64,000 nucleotides of DNA from Felis catus (lineage: Eukaryota). Both the position numbers and the translations under genes were made by a program. A model generated the notes under the pieces. It saw nothing but the letters and a program-made list of their open reading frames with translations, had not been told where the DNA came from and searched no databases. How positions within the stretch are numbered: position 1 is the stretch's first letter; each line of letters opens with the position of its first letter. The stretch lies in contig NC_058368.1 of NCBI RefSeq assembly GCF_018350175.1, forward strand, positions 229,526,001-229,590,000. The letters are read 5' to 3'. Below, piece after piece: positions 38,421-51,991 of the stretch.

Positions 38421-38613
38421 GTTTTTTAAAGCTTATTTATTTTGAGAGACAGAGCAGAGGAGAGGCAGAGAGAGAGGAAGAAGAGAGAGAGAATCTCAGG
38501 CAGACTCTGTGCTGTCACCACGGAGCCCGATGCGGTGCTCAAACTCACAAACCATGAGATCATGACCTGAGCCAAAGTCAGACGCTTAACTGGCTGAGCC
38601 ACCCAGGTGCCCC
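38421..38613 (-). mobile_element. Can-SINE
   Basis: Reverse-complement head; degenerate TSD GCA-CC-TGTTT. Confidence 0.93.
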
Positions 38614-38657
38614 TAGCAGCCATGTTTAAATCAACAAAATCTAAAGTGAAAAAAGAA

Positions 38658-38717
38658 AAGGAAAGGAAAGGAAAGGAAAGGAAAGGAAAGGAAAGGAAAG
38701 GAAAGGAAAGGAAAGGA
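38658..38717. repeat. (GGAAA)n microsatellite
   Basis: Direct inspection. Confidence 0.98.
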
Positions 38718-40391
38718 AAAACAGACTTTACCTACCCCAGAGATTTGTTGTGTATCTTCTTTCTTAAAACACAACTTCTTTCTGTCACTCCAGAATTACA
38801 GGTTAACTGAGAAATATATTAGTCTAATAACTATCATGATGATATTTTTTTAAAAAGGGAGTTGCAATTTGTACAATGTTTTTAGTGCTAATATCAATGA
38901 AAGAAATTAATTTTGTATTCATGACCATGAAATATGGCTATTCAGGTGTATTTATGGCATAATTGTTTCTCTAAAATTAAAATGTTATCTATCTCATTAA
39001 ATCTAATGAATCACTATAATGAATATTTCCACATGTAATTATAATGGAGAGGACAAAGAGAGTAGAAAAAATAAAGAAATGAAGGTAGTTTACTTTCTTC
39101 TACAGCTAATTTCTTTCCTTACCCTACATTGTCTTATTGTTTTGTATTATTTCCTTTTTTTATGGTGTTAACCATAATACTAGATTCACTTCATTCTTGT
39201 TTTGTTTTTTGTTGTTGTTTTTCTTTCTTTTTTTTGTGATTCTCTGTCTCCTCTATGTGCGTGTGTGTTCTTGTGGGGGTGATGGGGAGACAGAGAGCCA
39301 AAGATATATTTGACCCAGATACTGAATGCTCATTCTCAAAGAATGGGGCCAGTATGAGAATTCTCTCATGTCCCATGATTTTAGAGCAGATTTGAAAGTG
39401 ACAGGAGTGTAAGGAAGTTTTATTGTACCCCAAAATAACCATTTTTTTTATTGTGTGAAAATTTCATATTATATATGATAATGTTATTCAACCTATGACA
39501 ATAACCTAAAATGTTCCTCATATACATTAGTATAGATCCTATCAGGCTCTCAAAAACATAATTTGGTGAGAGCAGCAGGTGTACAAAATAACTGTGCTCC
39601 CAAGAGCAACCAAACTGGCCGTGAGGGTAGAAGTTGAGATAATTTCTGCAGCATGAATGAAGGGAATGTAGCAATGCTCATATGCCTAAGGGTCTGGTTG
39701 GGCACTGAGGTGAGTTGAGAATATTAATTTGATGTTGGCCTTGTCCAGTTTATTTGCATTTTGCTAAACAACCAAGTAGGAATATCAAACAAACTAGGAC
39801 ATGCAGGTGAATAAGAATCTGATAAAAGCTTCCACTGGAGATCCACCTATTCATGGTCTTAGAAGCAATTCCTTAGAACAATCCCAGGAATGTGGGAACT
39901 AGGATCCCTCTGCTGAGTCCACCATCCATCCAGTGTGCCCCTCCTCTAGTGACAGGTTCTAATCATGTTTCCATTTCAGTGTATTTCCTGCCCTTTTCAG
40001 GGTCTAAGATTGGTCATATGTTCCCAATTTACTGTTCAAATCTAGCTAGTTGCTCTGAAAGTAGCTCATCTTGTCCTAAAGTAGCTTAATGGCCTGAGGG
40101 TTATGCTCAATCTGAAGGGTTAACAGGATAGGGTAGAAAGATGGGGGGCTCGTGGACTCAGGACACCCTGATCTTTAGCCTTATTCTGATGTCTTTTCTT
40201 TGGACACGGTCTTCTTTGGTGTTCTTTTGCCTTTAGCTACCTTTTCTAATGTGTATGCTACCATCACTTTAACAATATTTAAGAGTGATGGCAATGGGTT
40301 CAAGAGTCATAATTTATATTAAAAATGTGTTGGACTTTTAACTACATTTTTCAAATAAAAAACGTGTAAGCAAAAAAAAAATGTGCTAAGG

Positions 40392-40582
40392 GAGGTATTG
40401 CTTTCCGCGGAATTTCTTTTCCTTGGACCTAGTGTTGAAGCTAGTAATTCATAATTGCGCTTACAATTTCCAAGATGGCAAAAGTTGAGTATTAGAATCA
40501 GAGTAATATGTTGATATACTGAAGTGAATTACTAGCTTTAACACTAGGTATGCAAAAGAAATTCCATGGAAAGCAATGCCTC
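40392..40582. repeat. Long imperfect inverted repeat (hairpin element)
   Basis: Arms 40392-40451 and 40525-40582 match at 52 of 60 aligned positions; 73-nt spacer. Confidence 0.9.
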
Positions 40583-41510
40583 TATTATCTCATCCACTTT
40601 TGTACATACATACATACATATGGTATATCTTGTTTTCCGTGTCACAGTAAAATCAAGGAAATATCATAAATTTTATATTTGAAGTTGATACATATTTAAA
40701 TCCCCATTTAAAAAAAGTAGCTCCCCAAACTAAAATTTGAGGATAAGTTTTTTACCTGACAAAGACCGTCCTACTGTCCATACTTTATGGCATGTAGAAT
40801 TCAAAAATTGCAAGCCAATGGGAGATATGCTGCCTAGTCAAGAAACAGACTGAGTCAATGGAACAGATTCCATATCTTATTTTTTTTCTTTTACAGACTC
40901 AAAGCTATTGTGACACCTCCCTAATTGAAATAGTTCCGAGCAAGATCAATAGTCTGGGAATTCATTTACAAGTGGTTTTGAGGGAGTGCAGAGGCTGGAG
41001 AAAGGAAATACTTTTTACTGCACTCAAGTTTCTAGCTTTGGTAACTAGGTGAATGAAGCAATTAGATTATATAGAGAATGACAGAGGAGCCAAATGAGAA
41101 ATTCAAAGTGGAGGGTAATTCAGCCTGAAAATTCCAAGTCCAAGTGAAAGATGAAAGTTGGTATTTATAATAAACTGCTATAGATTTAGATCTAAAATGT
41201 AACAGGTAATTAATTGTTGGTACTCTATATTTTTTGGAGAAGCATGCAGTTAAGAGTTCACAAATGCTTTTTAGAACAAATTATAAGAAATATGTACATG
41301 TCCTTTAGTTATAAACTATGATTACATTATTATGATTACATGTTTAGAAATAAAATCATGTCTTAAGGTCTAAATCTGTATTATCCAATATTTTGAAATT
41401 TCTAATTCTTTACATTTTAGGTTCTTCCAATCTGATAAGACTGCCCTACAACTAGAGCACCTGCTCCATTTGTAATTAACTAACTTCTTTTTTGGCTATT
41501 AATTTACCTT

Positions 41511-41757
41511 TCTTTTTTTAATTTTTTTATTACATTTATTTTTTTATTACATTTTATTACATTTATTTTTGAGAGGCAGAGAGAGACAGAGCATGGCGGG
41601 GGAGGGGCAGAGAGAGAGGAAGACACTGAATCCGAAGCAGGCTCCAGGCTCTGAGCTGTCAGCTCAGAGCCCGACGTGGGGCTTGACCCCAGGAACTGTG
41701 AGATCATGACCTGAGCCGAAGTCAGACACTCAACCGACTGAGCCACCCAGGCGCCCC
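41511..41757 (-). mobile_element. Can-SINE (first of a tandem pair)
   Basis: Reverse-complement head ...CACCCAGGCGCCCC. Confidence 0.95.
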
Positions 41758-41759
41758 AC

Positions 41760-41987
41760 CTTTATTTTTTTTTAATGTTTGTTTATTTACTTTTGAAAGA
41801 GAGAGAGAGAGAAAGAGCAAGAGGGAGAGGGGCAGAAAGAGAGGGAGACAGAGAATCCCAAGCAGTCTCCACCTTGCCAGCATAGAGCTTAATGTGGGGC
41901 TTGAACTGAGCAACCAAACCGTGAGATCATGACCTGAGATGAAATCAAGAGAAGAATGCTCAACCGACTGAGCCACCCAGGCATGCC
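41760..41987 (-). mobile_element. Can-SINE (second of a tandem pair)
   Basis: Reverse-complement head and (GA)n. Confidence 0.93.
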
Positions 41988-41989
41988 TC

Positions 41990-42690
41990 ACCTTTCTTTC
42001 TCTTAATCTTGCCTTTCTCTCCTGTTCTCTGTTCTTTCTTGGACTTCTCTTGGTTTGATTATTTTTCAACATCCTGTTTTACTCTCCTGTTAGGCTGGTA
42101 AATTTACAAATTTTATAGGATTGTGAGATTCTTGTATTATGCTTTTAAGAGATTACCCAGAAATTATAACATACATCCTTGATCGTTCAAATCAGACAGT
42201 GATCTTTAACTCTTTAATTCCATTTATCTTTCTCCTGACTTATATTCTACCTGTCGTGTGATTGAATCCTCTTTTAGTCCCCCAAGATGTTGTCGACATA
42301 GTCTTTAACAGACAGTATATTCACTCATATTTGTTTATATATTTGCCATTTCCAGCGTTCTTCTTTCAAACTTGCATCTTCAACCTTTCATTGATTACTA
42401 TTGTTATTCCCTCTTAAAAATATAGTTCTTTAATATGGTTCTGCTAACGACAAATCATCTTCGATTTTATTTTCCTGAAAATGTCTCTTCTTTAATTTTC
42501 ACACTTTTAATGATATTTTGATGGGTTCAGAATTCTCAGCCGGCAGATTTGGCTTTTTACCCTTTGAAGACATCATTCTGCTGTCTCCTAGCTTCCCCTG
42601 CTTCTGGAAAGGATTCCATGTAATCTTCCTGTTGTGCCTTTGAAAGTATTGTGCCTTTTTGCTCTGGCCTCTTTTAAGATTTCTTAAAGT
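41990..42690 (-). mobile_element. Diverged old L1/HAL1-like fragment
   Basis: T-rich antisense L1 motifs (CTGAAAATGTCTC, GATATTTTGATGGG...AGAATTCT, CTTTGAAG). Confidence 0.55.
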
Positions 42691-43178
42691 GGACATGTTT
42701 TACACATCTTGAGTGCACGCTTTCTAGTTCATAATTAATTTGGCAAAGAGTAAAACAAAGGCTTTTAGTTGATTCTTAGCAATAATCCGTCTTGTTTTCA
42801 ATAAATGAGAGAGATCAACCTAAAGTCATGATATTCCCATGATATACCCAGAAGTACCAGGCTGACTCCTAACAGCACTGTTCTCTGGCCACGAGACTGT
42901 TTGTATTTTCTATCCTCTTTTATCATATTTATGGAAGGAGTTTATGCAGAGTTACTGTATCATTATTCATACCAACACGATTTCATCATGTCATTATTTA
43001 CCATTATTTACATCAACATTATTTATATTAACAATTATTACACCTGGACAAGGCTTCTCTCAAATGAAATGTATTGAACATTTTCTCAAATAATATTGGT
43101 CAAATAAATCAAAATGTATGTTTTCTCTTTTCGATATGTTTTTTTTACAAATTCTGGTCATTGTTTATAATTTAAAAA

Positions 43179-43363
43179 ATTTTTGAGAGAGAGAGAGATA
43201 GAGTGCAAGGGAGGGGCAGAGGGAGAGGGAGAGAGAGAATCTTAAGCAGCCTCCACACTCAGTACTGAGTCTGAGGTGGGGCTCTATCCCATGACCCTGG
43301 GATCATGACCTGAACCCAAATCAAAAGTTGAATGCTCAACCAACTGAGCCACCCAGGTACCCC
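43179..43363 (-). mobile_element. Can-SINE
   Basis: Reverse-complement head. Confidence 0.92.
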
Positions 43364-43773
43364 AATTAAATTATCTTCAATTAAATATGAGCCATTCCTA
43401 TATGCCTTCTAGGTTATTATAACTTAAGTCTCTGATTATAAAACAATTCATACATGAAATACCCAACTTGCTGAAGGGTGTTCATTACCAACTATTTGAG
43501 AAGGAAGGAATGGGATTTTGAGCATGTTCATGATCTGACTTTCCTCTGTACCCTCTGTGTGCTTTGTTATATAGGTGAGCCCTTACCTGTGTGTGGTGTG
43601 TGTTAGTTTCTAATAAATATTTAAAAGGTTTTTTGAGAATTCTGCCATAAACTTTAGCTTCCCTGGTATAAAGGACATGTAGGAACCAAGTTAAACTGTC
43701 AGTATATAATACAATCACTTCAACATACATTTCACTTAACCATATAGACATGTTTATCAAAGATAATTCCTTA

Positions 43774-44019
43774 GGGGCGCCTGGGTGGCGCAGTCGGTTA
43801 AGCGTCCGACTTCAGCCGGGTCATGATCTCGCGGTCCGTGAGTTCGAGCCCCGCGTCGGGCTCTGGGCTGATGGCTCAGAGCCTGGAGCCTGTTTCCGAT
43901 TCTGTGTCTCCCTCTCTCTCTGCCCCTGCCCCGTTCATGCTCTGTCTCTCTCTGTCCCAAAAATAAAAAATAAAACGTTGAAAAAAAATTTTTTTTAATT
44001 AAGAAAAAATAAATAAAAA
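43774..44019 (+). mobile_element. Young felid Can-SINE
   Basis: GGGGCGCCTGGGTGGCGCAGTCGG head, CpGs retained; perfect TSD AAAGATAATTCCTTA at 43759-43773 and 44020-44034. Confidence 0.97.
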
Positions 44020-45374
44020 AAAGATAATTCCTTAATATGTTTATATAATGTATATATGTTATTCAAACACAAAGAAAATAATTAGATGTATAGAAGCACA
44101 GGCCTACAGAGTTGACTCAAATATAAATTGTAAAGACCCACCTTTTACTCCATCTGTCTTCAATGCTAGACTTTCATCTATAATGAATCAAGTCCAATAA
44201 GCAAATACTAACTGATAGATAACAACAATTATCATATATTTAATACCTACATCTAACATTTTTTTCTTCTAAATCCTTAGGTCCTGATGTCTGGCAGTCT
44301 CTGAATCTTAATGTCCCCCGTTGCGAGGTTTATGACATCTCCCAGAATTTCCCTACGAGTGATTATTTTCTAACCATTGATTTCACTACAGTAACTATAA
44401 TTATCATATTTGGCATGTCAATCCCCAGCCAAGAGCTGTCCACACTGATTTTTCTTACAGCTTTCCTTTTTTTAAATGACTGTCTCCCTTACCATTTCTA
44501 TCACCATAGGGCCATATTCTAAACTGAGATAACCGAAATAGTTTTTCCAATCTATTGTTGCTAGTTTATCACATATACTGTAGCTTTTTCATAGATTGTC
44601 AATTTTTTGTTTGGGTTAAAACAAAGTTCTGCCGCAATATAAGTGCATAATGCTTGACAGAGTAAGTATTTAGGTCTCAGCGAATGGGAGAACTCTTTCT
44701 AGATCAAGAGATCATGTACCGCATGCCCTAAATATTTGTTTTAGGTGAGCAGGGAAAGGTAACCTTTATTTCCAAAATTGTTTCTCTGACACGAGGAATT
44801 CTTCACCCAAGAAGAGTACAGTTTATTCATTATTTTAAAATAGCTTATTTTTTCCCCATGCTTGCTCAGTTTTTAGATCTTGTGTGCCTGATGTAATTAA
44901 ATATAAATTATATTAATTTTAATACGTTTTTTGGGCTTGAGCATCAGTTTAGAAGCATGAACTATCCGGTGTTCTTGAGTTTAGTCACTAAGAATTTCCA
45001 GCAGTATTATAGGAAATCACTGACATGCACATTTCTCAAAGACCAGAGCCTTATTGTTAGTTAACATTTAACTCAGCAAAATGTTGGTACTTCAATTATG
45101 TAAAAAATCATTGATCGAGAAATGATGAATTGGAGTCAGAAACATAACTATTAAGCAGTTACTGAATATCTTATCTAAATGTTAAGGGCTTTTTTTGTAT
45201 AATGATTACAAATTTAGAAAGGTTACTAGTGAACTCTAAGATCTAAAAAACAGTTCCATTAAAAGGAATAAGGACTTCACAGAATACATGGATACAATAC
45301 CTGGAATTTTGTTAAATTATGGAAACAGTATCAGCCTCAGCCTCTCCCCAGGAGACACCATATAATGTCTGTTT

Positions 45375-45455
45375 CCTAGTGACAAACAAAATGTTTCCAG
45401 ACATTTGTAAATGTCTCCTGGAGGGCAACACCACCCCAGATTGAGATGCATTGCT
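45375..45455 (+). mobile_element. MER20-like hAT fragment
   Basis: GTGACAAACAAAATGTTTCCAGACATTTGTAAATGTCTCCTGG...GATTGAGA. Confidence 0.7.
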
Positions 45456-46664
45456 TTTAGATAAAAGTCAAGAAATGTTTTCTAAGTCCCTAGCATGTGG
45501 TTGAGTTTAACTTGTTAGCTTATCTAATATTAAGATACTTGACATAGTGTAGGTTTAACTAGTGCCTATATCTGCCTTTCAAAACAGGGAATTTTCTACA
45601 ATGAGTGTCTGTCTAACTGTAAAATTCAGCTAATCCTTCCTGCCTGGACTAGTTCCTGTTCCAACAATTATCACATACCAGGAACACCAATCAATCTCTC
45701 CAGTGGCGGTTGGCCTTCTGCTTAACATCATATCCAGGTGTTACTTATTCTGCCCATTGCCAAAAACATCTCCTTAAAGCTCACTCACCTCCCAGAACAC
45801 TTCTTACTCCATATGCCACCTCCAGGTATTTCTGCAACTTGCACAGTGCTTTCTCCCTTCCATTTTCTCCCTTATCCCTGAGTTTATACCTGTCAGGCAA
45901 GATTCACCGCAACTGTGAACAAATGTGTTATCATCTTAGCTGGGCTGTAATTTATTTGAAGATAGCGATCGTTGGGTATTCAGTAATATGTCTTTCAGTG
46001 CCTATCACATACATTAGGAAATTGTTTCTCTAATAAACAAATGAAAGAGAAGCATTTCAGGGAGAGAAATAAAAACCCCGGACAACTCTGCACCTTCCAT
46101 TACTCCATAAATTAGTCCTAAACTCACCTTCTGTTCTAATTCAAGACCAACCCCAGTCAATGAGTAAGCTAAAACACCCTCAGAATCACTATTTCTCAAG
46201 GGTATCCTTTCTTCCAAGCTGATGCAACCTGGAGCCGGGCTCCCTGGTTTGGTCTATATGAGTTCAGTTCCCACAGACCACGCAGACTTGCCAGGTGCCT
46301 TTGTGGAGAATGGAAACTGAACAACCATGGTCTGAGACCTTCTACACCCTACATAGAGACCAAGGAGAACCGTATCTTGTCTTATTTATCTCCATCATCA
46401 CATTTTTGAAATTGTGCTATTTGATTGAGGCTATATGCTATTCATCTTCTTTTAAATATTCCACTTTAGTGGGGTAAAGTCCCACTTATAAGCATGACAT
46501 AGTCATAATGACTTAGAACATTTTAATTTTGCATTATTTATTAAATGAAACCTCTTCATTACTCCAGGTGTATGCAATAATATATCAAAACTCACTTTAG
46601 ATTATAGAACCAAGTTAGCTGAAGATCTGATGTGCAAATCAATTCAAAACATAACCAAAAACAT

Positions 46665-46881
46665 TTTTTATTTTAATGTTTTTTTTTTAATTTTTGAGAG
46701 AGACAGAGACAGAATGTGAGTTGGGGAGGGGCAGAGAGAGAGGGAGACACAGAATCTGAAGCAGACTCCAGGCTCTGAGCTGTCAGTACAGACCGCATAG
46801 AGGAACTTGAACTCACAAGCCATGAGATCATGACCTGAGCAGAGGTTGGACACTTAACCAACTGAGCCACCCAGGCGCCCC
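46665..46881 (-). mobile_element. Can-SINE
   Basis: Reverse-complement head, body and tail. Confidence 0.95.
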
Positions 46882-47686
46882 TCAAACAAATTTTTTATCT
46901 TTGCCTTACTTGTTTTGGTTTAAGCCAAAAGATGTCATAATCTTCTGGAAATGTTATGAAATCAAAAGGAATAAAATGCATAATATACATACTATGTAAT
47001 ATCCATGAAGACTTACAATCTGGGTTTTAAAACATATTTAAATATTAAAGTGATATCAATTTTGAAAAAATACAAAATCACCTTCTGTTTTTAAAAGTTC
47101 CAGGTAGTAATTTAATTGACTGTAGCTGAATTTATGATACTCAGCACACAACAATCTTAAGGGTGGTAAAGGTGTTCCTGTTGTGATACAGTTTGATAAT
47201 GATAATGGGAAGTGTTGACTCTCATAATAATCACTGTTTTGATTCTGAAAAGCAGTTCTCCAAAGGGATGCCCATTGTGACTTTATATTTTCTTTACATG
47301 TAGATTTATATTTATTTTGATTATGACATAGTTGGTGAAACCTGGGACTTTCAAATGGTTCTTCTGAACATACGCAAGACTTGACACGTATCTGCAAAAG
47401 CCTCCACTATGTGACGAGTGAGTAATAGCCCTTTAATGCAGACATGTTCCTCTTAGTCGAAAAAATATTTGGATCAGTTAGTAATTTGAGAACTTATAAT
47501 TTCCTACACTTGAATAATTTAATAATTTGAAAGTTCACTTCTAATTACCATAACTTGTCAAATAACTGGCACTTTGCATAAAATGAGCTAAAGCCTAGAG
47601 TGTCACTCCTGAGTCACTGGCTATGATCAGGAATGCCTGGTGAGGCTTTGAGTCCTGAAGTATATCAGTAATAGGAACACGACCAA

Positions 47687-47843
47687 GGGGCGCCTGGGTG
47701 GCTCAGTTGGTTAAGCCTCCGACTTCAGCTCAAGTCATGATCTCATAGTTTGTGAGTTTGAGCCCTGCGTCAGGCTCTCTGCTGACAGCTCAGAGCCTGA
47801 AACCTGCTTCAGATTCTGTGTCTCTGCCCTTCCCCCGCTCGTG

Positions 47844-47888
<45 letters not shown>

Positions 47889-47928
47889 CCTCTCAAAGTT
47901 AAATCAACATTAAAAAATTTTAAATAAA
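47687..47928 (+). mobile_element. Can-SINE
   Basis: Canonical; TSD GAACACGAC. Confidence 0.95.
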
Positions 47929-48527
47929 AAGAACACGACTGAGAAGGGAGAATTTTATTAGCAGGCCACCAAGTCACTTCCTTCAATCAACAAGCCTGGA
48001 TCCTGCATGAACACCACATTCCTTCTCACCTTTGTAATTAAGAGCTGGGTAGGCATCTGCCTGTGATTCCTTTTTTTGGGAGACAACGCTCCCCGTATGC
48101 CTTTATGTGGTTAGAGCTTCCTAACAATAGGAAATTCCTCCCAGGCCCTGCCTTACCCTAGGACCAAAGGAAGATGCACGAGAGTAGAGGGTCACCATAA
48201 GACATCAATGCCCTTCTCCAGTTGTGCTTACATAAATCCCAGACTCCTCTCAAGAAAAGGTCCTACCCTCTACTGCAATAATCCCTTTAGATTTTTACAA
48301 AATTTATTTTGTTCAGGAGCTTAATCAAAATTCTTGATTTTTCAGGATAAAGTGAAGGGGGGATATAGCACAGGTCCTTAGATTTCTTGGGTATGCAAAA
48401 GAAAGGGACTATCTAAAATCCATGTAAACTTTGATATAGATCTCTATTAATAGGCTCCTAATATGAGCTTCTGGACCATAAAGTAGGGTTTTTAACTGAT
48501 GGCTCAACAAAAAGACCACCAAAATAG

Positions 48528-48589
48528 CACACACACACACACACACAAACACCACACAATATGTATGTGTGTGTGTGTATATATATATG

Positions 48590-48635
<46 letters not shown>

Positions 48636-48760
48636 CTTTCTGCTGACAGCTCAGAGCCTGAAACCTGCTTCGGATTCTGTGTCTCTGATATAAATAAATA
48701 AATTATATGTATATATATATATACATATATATATACATATATATATTTATTTATAAACAA
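48528..48760. repeat. Compound (CA)n/(TG)n/(TA)n microsatellite
   Basis: Direct inspection. Confidence 0.95.
48632..48687 (+). mobile_element. 56-bp internal Can-SINE fragment inside a (CA)n/(TA)n microsatellite
   Basis: 54/56 identical to 47771-47826; no head, tail or TSD. Confidence 0.9.
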
Positions 48761-50540
48761 ATTTGTTTATGAATCTATATTTATATCTCAATATCTCTAT
48801 ATAAATGTGTTTGTGTGGTGTGTATCTAAATTTAAGTTCATTAGACTTACTGCAGTAAAGAAGAAAACTTATAGACAGACATCAATAGTGTGTAAGAGAG
48901 GTACTTACAGTGAAGAGTCATTTATACATTTGGGGAGTCTGGGTCTATGTGGCTTAAGGAAGAATTTTCAAGGTGGGGAACAGATTGTGATTAAATAACA
49001 CAGAAAAGCTAGATTCTTGTAGGAAGCTCTGATTGTTGCCTCATGAGTGAACTGTTTGCCCAGGTGAACAATGTATTAATTTCATTGTGAGAGCTCTTGG
49101 CCCAGATGAACTGACTCTTTGCCCAAATAAATTGGATTGCGAGAACTTCCTGAAACAGAACACAATTTTTGTGTTATTTAAATTGGTTTAATGATTTTCT
49201 GGGCAATGATTTCCTGAAACAAACAGATAATTCATATTTATATCTCTTTTCTACCTCAGTCCGTAGAACAAGACTTTTCCTTCTGTACACTAAAACAGCC
49301 AAACTGAAGTCAAGATTTTGGGACTTGCAGCAGAGACTACAGTATTACCTATTTGAAAACAATTCCTTAATTTTTTTTGTTCAAATATCATCCTCATATT
49401 GTAGAGGGGAGCAAATTCTCCAATTAAAAACCATACTCCATAAAATCCCAAAATGTACCTTCCCATTCAATCCACACTCATTCCTACCACAGGTGACAAT
49501 TATCCTAATTTGTAACAATATAAATTACTATTCTGTGGCTTTGAAATTTATATAATGGAATCATATTATTCTCTTGTGTCTGGCTTCGTTAATTCAACAT
49601 ATCTGTGAGATCCACTTACATTGTTGCATGCAGTAATGGTTTATTCATTGTTACTTCTATACAGTGTCCCATTTCATGAATTAAAACAATATGTCTATTC
49701 ATTATATTGCTTAATGTCTTTCATCAGTTCAGGAAGGTCCTCAGCCTTTATCTCATCAAATAATTTCCCCTCCTCCTCCCCCCACTCTCTCTCTCCTAGT
49801 TCTCAGATTCCAAGTATATGGACATTACATCTTTGAATATTTCCTCCTCCCATGTCTCTTATGCTCTGCTATGTTCTCTTGATTATTATGTTTTTCTCTC
49901 TCTTCATATGTCTAGTAAGTTTTATGGTATGCTAGACATTGCATATCAACTAATCATAAAGTTTGAGATGATATTTTTCCCCCAAAGGGTTTCTCCTTTT
50001 ATTAGGTAGATATGGTAAAGAGACAATTACCTCTAGCTGACCACGTATTAATCTGAGTCCAACAAGCACTGAACTTTTCTTAAGATCAGTCCACATCTAC
50101 ATCACTCTTGTTTTTCAAGCATGGCACTATCAGGCTTTTGATTGATTGTATAAGACTCTGTTCATTAAGTTATGAGTTTTTAAAGCTTTGATCTTTAGTC
50201 TTTAGCTTCCTTCCTGTGGAAGGTTCAAAAATTGGTAGACATCTTAAGGAATGATGCTCTGTAGGTTTATGTTAGGCCCTTCCCATAGCAGGTCTTTGAT
50301 TCTTAAACAATTCAAGACTGTGAAAGATTTACCTCTTCTTTTGGCCCAGGTCTAGTCTCCTTGCCCATTCCAGACCCTCAGAAATGTTCCACAGTGAAAA
50401 ATAATCTTGTTTTTGAAGTTCGTTTTGATTTCAGTCCAGCTCCATACAATTTCCAAAAGTCCTCTGGTTTCTCTTCCTCCAACAGAGACTCTGCCTGAGC
50501 CAAAGCTGATCCTCAGCCCTCATTTAAAATTGCCAAATGC

Positions 50541-50605
50541 AAAAAATAAAAAATAAAAATAAAATAAAATAAAATAAAATAAAATAAAATAAAATAAAAT
50601 AAAAT
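50541..50605 (+). repeat. (AAAAT)n tract flanked by a 15-bp TSD (solo poly(A) retro-insertion)
   Basis: AAAATTGCCAAATGC at 50526-50540 and 50606-50620. Confidence 0.9.
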
Positions 50606-51636
50606 AAAATTGCCAAATGCTACCAAGAACCAAAATGGTCAGCCACTATCAGTTTATCTTTAAAAAGCTTTTTTCTTTGGTGAATTTTATAAGTAATTCT
50701 ATTCATTGTTTCCACAATTCTCCTTGTCTTTAAAATATTATCTTAACAGTTTATCCTTTTATTTTTTTCTAATTGTTGCAGCAGGAATAATGGCCACCTG
50801 TGTTCTACTGCATGCTACTGCAGGAAGTCCATAGTGAACTTTGATATTTTACCATTAAAATTCAGTCCAATGTATTTTGGATTACTATTTCAGTTCTGCT
50901 TTGGTCCTAGAGATTTTAGAAATATTTTGCATAAGTTTCCTACATAAAGCAATTTTCAAATTATCTGTTTACTCCTGATTTTTAGCTTAATTCCACTGCA
51001 GTTGGAGAAAATATTCTGTACGGTTTCAAGACTTTAAAGTTTTGAGCAATACCTTATGTGCCAGTATAGGGTCGATCTTGATAAATGTTCCACGCACAGT
51101 TGAAAAGAGCTGCATTCTGAGTTGTTGAAGGAAGATTTCTATATATGCCAATTTTATCACATTTGCAAATATTGTTACAAATCTTTAGTATACTTGCTAA
51201 TTTTTCTGTTTCATAAGATACTGAGAGAGATATGTTAATGGTATTTTTAGATTTACCAGCGTCTCTTTTGTCATCCTTTATGTACTTGAAGGTGTGTTTA
51301 CTAGGTTCGTACAAAATTGGAATTGCATTATTTTGGTACAATAGTTAACACTATGATCTGTCCCTCTCTTTGCTTCTTTTTAATGTCTATTTTGTGTTAT
51401 ATTACTATGGCTATACTTTTTTTTCTTTTGCAAATGTTATCTTTTTCCATTCTTTGAATTTTAGTCTTTCTGTGCTTATTTTAAAGGTATTTATCACTTA
51501 AGCATCCATGTTTTAACCCATTCTGCTCATTGTTTGTTTTTTATTTAGATTACTTGATTATTTGCACTTTTTAGGATATTAATTCTGTTTTAAATTTACA
51601 AATGTATTCTTTATATTGTATTTGACCCAGAACTGC

Positions 51637-51853
51637 TTTTTTTAAGTTTACTTATTTATTTTGAGAGAGACAGACAGCGCAAGTGGGGAAGGAGCAGAGA
51701 GAGAGGGAGAGAGAGAGAATCCCAAGCAGGCTCCATGCTGTAAGTGCAGAGGCTGATGTGGGGCTTAAGCCCATGAAACCGAAACCGCAAGATCATGACC
51801 TGAGCCAAAACCAAGAGTCGGATGCTTAACAGACTGAGCTACCCAGGTGTCCC
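51637..51853 (-). mobile_element. Can-SINE nested in old L1
   Basis: Reverse-complement head and (GA)n. Confidence 0.93.
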
Positions 51854-51991
51854 TTGGACCCTCAACTGTGTTATATTGTTTTCTGTCTTCTTCTCTTCTT
51901 TAGGATTATTTATTGACCTTTTATGATTCAATTAACCTTTTATGTTTTTGTTAATGACTATTTTGCTGTTCTTATGGTGGTTATTCTAGAG

